Source of the DNA: a virus
IMG/VR virus record: IMGVR_UViG_3300020030_000055
Span: 1 to 6,052 of that record
Length of the DNA: 6,052 nt
Strand: one strand, 5' to 3'
The notes under the pieces were generated by a model, which saw only the letters and a program-made list of their open reading frames with translations, had not been told where the DNA came from and ran no database searches. This document shows, piece by piece, positions 1 to 4,672 of the stretch. Position 1 is the first letter of the stretch; the number at the start of each line of letters is the position of its first letter. The translations under genes and the position numbers were made by a program.

Positions 1-121
1 GGGTTTGCGAAATAATACCTTTAGAACCAAGCAAATTCGAGTCCGGATAGGCAGTAGCAACAGGGTAGCCATCGGTGGAGGCGCTGCCACTCTTTAAATC
101 AGAACGGATAATCTGAAAAAA
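1..121. repeat. Terminal redundancy, copy 1 (identical to 5932..6052); marks circular closure of a 5,931-nt genome
   Basis: Base-by-base comparison: gggtttgcgaaataataccttt...cagaacggataatctgaaaaaa is identical at 1-121 and 5932-6052 (offset 5931). The match runs to the last base of the window. Confidence 0.95.
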
Positions 122-859
122 GAGGTTACCGCGATTGTACGTATTATTAGAGGACGCCACAGCAGACGGATAAAATTGGCTCTCGAAATAAGCGTCGAGA
201 AACTCAAGATTACCATAGCACTGTGTGAAGAATCTGGAATCACCCGAATTATCGGGATCAAGAGTATACGCGTCGCTCGAAAATATCAGCTTGTTCGCAA
301 AAGGCCACGCGAAAGAATAAAGACCCCACTGTGAATAGCCGTAATAATTTCGAACGATGTCCCAATAAGCCAAATACGTATCGGCGTTAGACCACTGACT
401 AATAGTAGCAGTCGATGGAAGAGCGACCGAAACCAAGGGGGTACCGCCGGTATTATACTTGTTGCCAATACGCAGCCAAGAAAAAAGCGAATTCGTATAC
501 GACGCACCAAAAAAATCGGCGTTCAAGGCACCAGCAGAAGGAAATGTACTACAAATCCAATTCAGACTCAAGTCGTTCATGTCAAACTTACTGCTATTTG
601 TCCTCAACTCAGGGTGATATAGCTGCAAGGGCACCCAAAAACGATGCAAGCGGATAGTGTAAGGGTTGAATGTCGGAACGGCAAGGGGATTACTCCGAAC
701 ATCGATGCCTTGCTCAATAGAAACACGGTCCCGAGCATTAATAAAATCGATGCGCACTGGATACAAAATACCCGGTGTGCACGTGAAAGCCTTACTCTCA
801 GGAACATCATAGCGAGAGTAGCCATTTACAACGTGAGAAATAAAAGGTTGTTTTCCCAT
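1..859 (-). CDS. VP1: Major capsid protein VP1 (Microviridae F-like), 5' portion (codons 1-286). It continues through the circular junction into 5931->4982, for 602 aa in total.
   Basis: Manual translation of the minus strand from ATG (859-857) has no stop down to base 1: MGKQPFISHVVNGYSRYDVPESKAFTCTPGILYPVRIDFINARDRVSIEQGIDVRSNPLAVPTFNPYTIRLHRFWVPLQLYHPELR...VATAYPDSNLLGSKGIISQT. The ORF is absent from the supplied track because it has no stop inside the window. Frame is continuous with ORF 4982..5965: the codon starting at base 1 equals 5932, and 5965-5932=33. The ATG is the first one after an in-frame TAA (865-863). Confidence 0.93.
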   Translation of the reverse strand, partial: MGKQPFISHVVNGYSRYDVPESKAFTCTPGILYPVRIDFINARDRVSIEQGIDVRSNPLAVPTFNPYTIRLHRFWVPLQLYHPELRTNSSKFDMNDLSLNWICSTFPSAGALNADFFGASYTNSLFSWLRIGNKYNTGGTPLVSVALPSTATISQWSNADTYLAYWDIVRNYYGYSQWGLYSFAWPFANKLIFSSDAYTLDPDNSGDSRFFTQCYGNLEFLDAYFESQFYPSAVASSNNTYNRGNLFFQIIRSDLKSGSASTDGYPVATAYPDSNLLGSKGIISQT

Positions 860-862
860 AAG

Positions 863-1933
863 TTAAATAATTAGTTGAAGTTTGTAATGATCTTGCCAGA
901 ATCGAATAACATCCAAATCCAGCCAAGTAGGAGGATCAAAGTCGGGTATCCTGCGAGAAGAGGCAGAAAAACGCATTATTTGCTTTTGCTCCCACGTATA
1001 TGCATCTCTACAGGATACGGCGGAATCGAGATTGAACCGCTTAACACACAAAGACACAATACGCTTAACCAAAGAAGACTTGCTGAAATGTGCATAAGCG
1101 TCAGCAGCGGTAATCGAGCGAACAACGTCGTCTTCCGGTTTAAGATATTTAAGATAGTATCGAGGAATCGAGTAGTTATAATTGACGCGCTTCTGAAAAT
1201 CGAAATAAGACCACGTCGAAACACGGGTAGAAGGGCGAGGCATATAACCAAGAAAATCGCCAACACAAGGAGATACGAATTTTCTCGTATAGCGGCGATG
1301 TTGAAGTACTGTAGACAAAGGTGTAGCTTTTCCATTTAAAGTAACAAACTTATCCGAGACATCCTCGGGGTTAAACTGAATTTGTTTAGTAACGTATTTA
1401 ACGACATATCGCGCGCGTTTATGGGTGCCCTTTCCTAACCAGATGAAACCGAGGTCACCGACGGCTGATCGAATCTCATTGTACAAACAATTTGTTCCGA
1501 AAAGAAAGCCGTGGAAGTGAAGACGCGGCTCCGAGCCTGCTTCTGGATGAATGCCAAACTCTTGGAAAAACGCGTGTTTAAAAGAATGACCTATCTTGTG
1601 ACGAACGCGCTCGTTCCATCGTCTGATAAAACCGGACGGATCAAGAAGTGCGTCGTCGTAATACTTCGGAGCAATAGTAATGGTAATAAATATGGCCTGC
1701 CGACCCTCAGCCTTGCAACGAGCAAGTTCGCGCTCTAAACGCACGAACCAGTCATTGCGCTGGCGGCGCAGGCAGTCTTCGCATTTTCCGCAAGGCACCA
1801 TGAGCCACTGACGAGCAATATCCCAGGGACGAAGGGCTAAAGCAGACTTAGCGACATCCGAACCATTGCGACAAGGATTCTTCTTATCGAAATAGCGTCG
1901 ATTACGTATCCATATAGGAGAAGAGCAGGGCAT
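863..1933 (-). CDS. VP4: Replication initiation protein VP4 (HUH rolling-circle endonuclease, phiX174 protein A-like), 356 aa
   Basis: - Motif I-like: FITITI.
- HUH motif: LHFHGFLF (His codons at 1519-1517 and 1513-1511).
- Motif III: RARYVVKYVTK, with two Tyr three residues apart (codons 1408-1406 and 1396-1394), as in phiX174 A.
- Cys cluster PCGKCEDC near the N-terminus, common in microvirus VP4.
- Start placed at ATG 1933-1931 (MPCSSPIWI...), not at the TTG at 1954 used by the ORF track. This ATG overlaps the upstream stop as TAATG.
- Stop: TAA at 865-863. Confidence 0.93.
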   Translation of the reverse strand: MPCSSPIWIRNRRYFDKKNPCRNGSDVAKSALALRPWDIARQWLMVPCGKCEDCLRRQRNDWFVRLERELARCKAEGRQAIFITITIAPKYYDDALLDPSGFIRRWNERVRHKIGHSFKHAFFQEFGIHPEAGSEPRLHFHGFLFGTNCLYNEIRSAVGDLGFIWLGKGTHKRARYVVKYVTKQIQFNPEDVSDKFVTLNGKATPLSTVLQHRRYTRKFVSPCVGDFLGYMPRPSTRVSTWSYFDFQKRVNYNYSIPRYYLKYLKPEDDVVRSITAADAYAHFSKSSLVKRIVSLCVKRFNLDSAVSCRDAYTWEQKQIMRFSASSRRIPDFDPPTWLDLDVIRFWQDHYKLQLII

Positions 1934-2133
1934 TAGAAGAGGCTTTCGAGGCAATCAAACTTAATGTAAGGATTACTGCGACGGCATAGGGCGAGGTAAT
2001 CATTCGCAGGAGACGCGTCGAGAAACCAAGCAATGACAACTCGCTTTTTGCCACGGTACGCAGCAACAGAGTAACGAAGCGGAACGCCATTAATAATAGG
2101 AGAAGCTTTAGGTTTGAAATCAAAATAATCCAT
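1933..2133 (-). CDS. Hypothetical small protein, 66 aa, mildly basic, translationally coupled to VP4
   Basis: ATG at 2133-2131. The stop TAA (1935-1933) shares one base with the VP4 ATG (TAATG). The ORF fills the space between the terminator region and VP4. I recognise no motif in MDYFDFKPKASPIINGVPLRYSVAAYRGKKRVVIAWFLDASPANDYLALCRRSNPYIKFDCLESLF. Confidence 0.6.
   Translation of the reverse strand: MDYFDFKPKASPIINGVPLRYSVAAYRGKKRVVIAWFLDASPANDYLALCRRSNPYIKFDCLESLF
1956..1963 (-). promoter_or_regulatory. Candidate Bacteroides-type -7 promoter box (TAAGTTTG on the coding strand), 22 nt upstream of the VP4 ATG
   Basis: Plus-strand caaactta equals minus-strand TAAGTTTG, matching TAnnTTTG. It lies downstream of the terminator at 2164-2197, at a spacing similar to the intergenic box at 2925-2932 (25 nt from its ATG). 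No -33 TTTG sits at the expected distance, and the box lies in frame over K-F codons of the 66-aa ORF. Confidence 0.3.
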
Positions 2134-2163
2134 AATTCAAAAAAAAATATTGCCTTGCATTTT

Positions 2164-2197
2164 AAAAAAAACCTGCAGGAGGTTTTCCTCCCGCAGG
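2164..2197 (-). terminator. Rho-independent (intrinsic) terminator on the coding (minus) strand
   Basis: The minus strand reads CCTGCGGGAGG-AAAA-CCTCCTGCAGG followed directly by TTTTTTTT. That is an 11-bp GC-rich stem, a 4-nt loop and a U8 tail (stem 2172-2197, A-run 2164-2171 on the plus strand). The single imperfect position is a G.U wobble on the minus-strand transcript but an A.C mismatch on the plus strand, so the structure favours the coding strand. Confidence 0.8.
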
Positions 2198-2206
2198 GTT
2201 AACAAA

Positions 2207-2281
2207 TTAGAGGACTCTTCCACCAAGCGGGCGGGTAACAATCTTAGTTCCCTTTCCCTTCTTCTTTCGTCGTGCCTTCAT
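2207..2281 (-). CDS. Candidate small, highly basic peptide (24 aa, MKARRKKKGKGTKIVTRPLGGRVL). Possible J/VP8-like DNA-binding packaging protein, overlapping the 3' end of the 107-aa gene in the +1 frame.
   Basis: ATG at 2281-2279 and stop TAA at 2209-2207, 9 nt before the terminator stem. 9 of 24 residues are K/R, with several G/P, which is a composition like phiX174 J. Caveat: the region is purine-rich (GAAGAAGG..), which yields E-rich and K-rich frames at the same time, so this may be a by-product. Confidence 0.25.
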   Translation of the reverse strand: MKARRKKKGKGTKIVTRPLGGRVL

Positions 2282-2567
2282 CGTCGCTAAGATTAAATTC
2301 AAATACAAGAACGATCGTATTATCGAAGAACTCGATGCTGAAACAAGGAAGATCACCGCAGGAGGCGATAAGATTAGTAATTTCCGAATGATCGATGTAA
2401 AGCGAATCACTAATATGTGAACTCCTCAGAAACTCTGCGATGGGAAGATCGGAGACAACGCTAAAAGGAAGAGATTCGAATTGGCGATCGTTGAGACGGC
2501 CTACCTGAACGAGGTCGATTTTGAGAGCCGGACTAACCCGGCGAATGACAACATGAATCTGTGACAT
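2244..2567 (-). CDS. Hypothetical acidic protein, 107 aa (net charge about -9, acidic tail SDDEGTTKEEGKGN). Function unknown; scaffold-like or accessory.
   Basis: ATG at 2567-2565 and TAA at 2246-2244. It is the second ORF of the block bounded by the candidate promoter (2925-2955) and the terminator (2164-2197), and starts 11 nt after the previous stop. I recognise no motif. Confidence 0.7.
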   Translation of the reverse strand: MSQIHVVIRRVSPALKIDLVQVGRLNDRQFESLPFSVVSDLPIAEFLRSSHISDSLYIDHSEITNLIASCGDLPCFSIEFFDNTIVLVFEFNLSDDEGTTKEEGKGN

Positions 2568-2578
2568 GATAATGTAAT

Positions 2579-2899
2579 TTAAAATTGTGTTCGAGACTCA
2601 GCGCAAAAACGCTTCCAAGCGGCAGACTGATTGCTCCAGAAATCAGAGCCTTCGGGCGTCCGAATGAACGGAAAGGCGGCGGAGATGAGGCAGCCTGGAC
2701 CTAAGGCAGGGCAGTCGAGGACGAGCTGAATGAGGAAACGTAATCGATCGCGAAAGCTCCTATGAGACGGGTTAGCGAACTCATAATTCTCCTTAAAAGC
2801 GGAAAAAATGCCTTGACGAACGAGCCACTCGGTAAAAGCGTACTCAACGACGTCGATCGATAGATCGTCAATTCTGGATCTTTTTTTTGACTTTTTCAT
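2579..2899 (-). CDS. Hypothetical protein, 106 aa, with a Lys/Arg-rich N-terminus (MKKSKKRSR) and a C-terminal FPFIRTPEGSDFW....W motif
   Basis: This is the track ORF 2579..3190 trimmed to the first ATG downstream of the VP2 stop (ATG 2899-2897, in frame since 3190-2899=291). The upstream 97 codons overlap VP2 or the T-rich intergenic region and look non-coding. A TAnnTTTG/TTTG promoter-like pair precedes the ORF. Stop TAA at 2581-2579. Confidence 0.7.
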   Translation of the reverse strand: MKKSKKRSRIDDLSIDVVEYAFTEWLVRQGIFSAFKENYEFANPSHRSFRDRLRFLIQLVLDCPALGPGCLISAAFPFIRTPEGSDFWSNQSAAWKRFCAESRTQF

Positions 2900-2924
2900 A
2901 GTAATGCGGTTATTGGTTACGACG

Positions 2925-2955
2925 CAAATGTACAATAAAAAACCGGAACTCCAAA
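2925..2955 (-). promoter_or_regulatory. Candidate Bacteroidota-type promoter (-33 TTTG, 19-nt spacer, -7 TACATTTG) in the VP2/106-aa intergenic region
   Basis: The minus strand reads TTTG(2955-2952)-gagttccggttttttattg-TACATTTG(2932-2925), with the ATG 25 nt downstream. This matches the Bacteroides fragilis primary-sigma consensus TTTG / TAnnTTTG. It sits in one of the only two sizeable non-coding gaps of the genome (2900-2978). Confidence 0.45.
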
Positions 2956-2978
2956 AAAAAAGCGAAAAAACAACACCT

Positions 2979-4346
2979 TTAACGAGTTCTACGAGTATTA
3001 TTATACGAGCTTGAATGACCACTACGAGACATCTCCGTTTTCGCATAACCAACAACATTTCCGCCCGAATCGTAACGCGTCGTGAGCGAAGTTCCGGCAG
3101 AGCTATTCGACGATCCTCCAGCAGAAATAGAGCTGGCGGCACGCGACATGCCTCCACGAATAATGCCGGCACCGGCGACACTGGCAGCAACGCCTATAAG
3201 AGCCTTCGAAATCTCAACATAAGGATCAAGCTTCGCATTACGAAGGGAAACGCGGGCCTGCTCGGGAAGAAACTCAGAAGCATTCGCTTGATTTATAACA
3301 GTCTTATCGTGAAAATCCTTAAGAGACAGCGAGACTTTGAAAGAAGGAGGGCCGGGGTTGGCGCGAACGATAGGATTAGAGCTTCGGAGATTCTTTTCGT
3401 ATTGAGGATTAGGAACTTCAACATCAAAGCGCTTATCCCAATTACGCGAAAGCTCGTTGGCGGTGTCGAGATTATCAAGGCGAAGCGATTGAATCACCTC
3501 ACGAGCTTGTTCGCCAAGAGTATGATTGAGTGCGCCCTGCGTATTCATCATAAAAGACTGAGCAGACATCAACTTGCCTAAATTCTCGTTTTCGATACCC
3601 AAACGCTTAACCTCTGCGGCAACTAAGGCGGCTTGATTTTTTTTCTCATCGATAGCACTCAGAAGGGTAGCATCGGAAATAAATCGATTATTTTTTTCTA
3701 TATCCTCCTGAACCTTAAGAACATCGCGGGCGGCTAAATTATGTTTAGTAATCGCTTCATCAAGAGCCACGCGAGCTTGAGCCATAAGGGTATATAGTTG
3801 ATTTCCGACGTTTTGATCATTAATCGATTGAGCCTCGGCGTTATCACGATTAGCGGCGGCGGCATTACGATCGACAGTGGACTGCGCAACCATGTTTTGT
3901 GCAATGGCAGTGGGGTCAACGACAGGAGCGGCGCCGGCGCCGACAAGGGAGCCGCCGGAAGGGCCGGAAGCAGAGGGCATGGGGGCGGAACCACCTGACA
4001 TAGTAGCGTTTACGCCAACACCTGAAGATCCAAGAACAGCGGCGGGTGTTACACCGGCTTTCAAATAACGATCGAAAACCTTCGAAGGATCATTATAGGA
4101 GTTTTCATAATCAAACTGTTTCTGCCAATTAGCATAGGAAAGCTCAGATTGTTTTTGCATTTGCTCTAAAGCATACCTCTGCTGAAGAGCCATTTGTTTT
4201 TGCTGAAATCGCCACTGACGGCGAGCATTCATGCCTCCGAAAAGCTGGCCGAGGGCGCCGGAGATTAAACCGGAAGTACCGGTAGACGCAGCCGACTGGC
4301 CGAGAGCCTGGCCGAAGGAAGCGGCAGCAGCAACAGGAACAGGCAT
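2979..4346 (-). CDS. VP2: VP2-like minor capsid / DNA pilot protein (phiX174 H analogue), 455 aa
   Basis: ATG at 4346-4344 and TAA at 2981-2979.
- N-terminus is Gly/Ala-rich and hydrophobic: MPVPVAAAASFGQALGQSAASTGTSGLISGALGQLFGG.
- The block YENSYNDPSKVFDRYLKAGVTPAAVLG resembles the AG(L/V)NP-type block I associate with microvirus VP2.
- A long Gly/Ser/Ala/Pro linker follows.
- The central part is Q/N/A/E/K-rich and looks helical.
- The C-terminal segment is Gly/Ala-rich: ALIGVAASVAGAGIIRGG.
Position (downstream of VP1) and size fit VP2 of Alpavirinae-like phages. Confidence 0.82.
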   Translation of the reverse strand: MPVPVAAAASFGQALGQSAASTGTSGLISGALGQLFGGMNARRQWRFQQKQMALQQRYALEQMQKQSELSYANWQKQFDYENSYNDPSKVFDRYLKAGVTPAAVLGSSGVGVNATMSGGSAPMPSASGPSGGSLVGAGAAPVVDPTAIAQNMVAQSTVDRNAAAANRDNAEAQSINDQNVGNQLYTLMAQARVALDEAITKHNLAARDVLKVQEDIEKNNRFISDATLLSAIDEKKNQAALVAAEVKRLGIENENLGKLMSAQSFMMNTQGALNHTLGEQAREVIQSLRLDNLDTANELSRNWDKRFDVEVPNPQYEKNLRSSNPIVRANPGPPSFKVSLSLKDFHDKTVINQANASEFLPEQARVSLRNAKLDPYVEISKALIGVAASVAGAGIIRGGMSRAASSISAGGSSNSSAGTSLTTRYDSGGNVVGYAKTEMSRSGHSSSYNNTRRTR

Positions 4347-4347
4347 A

Positions 4348-4650
4348 CTACATGTGAGTTAAATTATTAGAACGAATAATGTAATCAACGCGAACTGTGT
4401 CGATATGAACGCCACTACGCTGCATTCTGGCTTGGGCCGAACACGAAGCGAGGAAGAAGGCGGCCAATGCAGCAATGATGGACGAAACGAGCGTCCAAAA
4501 AGCCTTCGACTTGTAAAAAGGCTGTTTAGTATCAGGCATGGTAGTAAAATTTAAAGAACGATAGAAAAATGCGCGACCTCTCCCGCAGTCGTTACCAATA
4601 ACCTCAAGCAATTCACGCACTCTTGCAAGAGGGGTTCGCGCACGTAGCAT
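4348..4650 (-). CDS. Small membrane protein with a lipoprotein-type signal (lipobox LAS|C). 100 aa from ATG 4650, or a 63-aa prolipoprotein from ATG 4539 giving a 31-aa mature peptide.
   Basis: Verified translation from ATG 4539-4537: MPDTKQPFYKSK-AFWTLVSSIIAALAAFFLAS-CSAQARMQRSGVHIDTVRVDYIIRSNNLTHM. It shows a positively charged n-region, a hydrophobic h-region and an L-A-S-C lipobox ([LVI][ASTVI][GAS]C). The stop TAG (4350-4348) lies 1 nt before the VP2 ATG. This is the only long open frame in this non-overlapping slot. The upstream 37 codons (from ATG 4650-4648) are Arg-rich and GC-rich, and their coding status is uncertain. Confidence 0.6.
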   Translation of the reverse strand: MLRARTPLARVRELLEVIGNDCGRGRAFFYRSLNFTTMPDTKQPFYKSKAFWTLVSSIIAALAAFFLASCSAQARMQRSGVHIDTVRVDYIIRSNNLTHM

Positions 4651-4672
4651 ATATCGTCAAGTAAAGGATATA

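Noticed and set aside
286-825. Minus-strand alternative-frame ORFs inside VP1 (286..510, 604..825); likewise 5608..5793, 3293..3478, 3734..3994 and 1933-region short ORFs inside other genes
   Set aside because: They are short (61-86 aa), overlap strongly supported genes in other frames, and have compositions explained by the host-gene codon bias (for example the Pro/Leu-rich frame opposite the Gly/Ala region of VP2).
857-865. VP4 stop and VP1 start lie in the same frame (TAA-CTT-ATG), suggesting a possible readthrough VP4-VP1 fusion
   Set aside because: A shared frame has a one-in-three chance. TAA is a strong stop with no obvious readthrough context, and there is no biological rationale for a Rep-capsid fusion.
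415-874. Plus-strand ORFs 415..657 (80 aa) and 644..874 (76 aa)
   Set aside because: They are antisense to the well-supported VP1 N-terminal coding region. Microviridae express a single strand, and the products are low-complexity with no motifs.
875-1738. Plus-strand ORFs 875..1339 (154 aa) and 1511..1738 (75 aa)
   Set aside because: They are antisense to VP4, and their R/I/K/N-rich composition is typical of the complement of a T-rich coding strand. There is no independent start or regulatory signal.
1934-1954. TTG start at 1954 for VP4 (363-aa version in the ORF track)
   Set aside because: An ATG at 1933 gives the N-terminus MPCSSP.., which is typical of microvirus VP4, and forms a TAATG junction with the upstream ORF. 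The TTG version would overlap that ORF by 22 nt.
1902-2123. Minus-strand 73-aa ORF overlapping the 66-aa ORF and the VP4 start
   Set aside because: It is an alternative frame of the 66-aa gene, hydrophobic by default, and lacks the clean TAATG junction of the 66-aa frame.
2557-2584. ATAATGTA-containing stretch between the 106-aa and 107-aa genes, examined as a possible dif/XerCD-like integration motif
   Set aside because: Only the 8-nt ATAATGTA core matches the E. coli dif sequence as I recall it, and the flanking arms do not align. The likely host is not enterobacterial, so this comparison is not informative.
2881-2888. A8 homopolymer (coding strand) in codons 4-7 of the 106-aa gene, and T8/T7 runs in VP2 (3637-3644, 3691-3697), considered as slippage or phase-variation tracts
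   Set aside because: They simply encode Lys-rich peptides (KKSKKR, EKKNQ, EKNN). There is no alternative-frame product of note. Tracts of this length are common in A/T-rich phage genes. They remain worth remembering as possible sequencing-error hotspots.
2900-3190. N-terminal 97-codon extension of track ORF 2579..3190
   Set aside because: The extension overlaps the VP2 C-terminus and then reads through the T-run intergenic region (FSLFFWSSGFLLYI..). The first ATG after the VP2 stop (2899), preceded by a promoter-like element, is the more likely start.
3015-4068. Plus-strand ORFs 3015..3581 (188 aa), 3798..3998 and 3877..4068
   Set aside because: They are antisense to VP2. The long open frame is explained by the codon bias of VP2 (few complements of stop codons), and the Gly/Arg-rich products mirror the Gly/Ala/Pro region of VP2.
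2188-4588. The 9-mer ctcccgcag shared by the terminator stem (2188-2196) and 4580-4588
   Set aside because: Dozens of repeated 9-mers are expected by chance in a 6-kb sequence, and the second copy forms no comparable hairpin.
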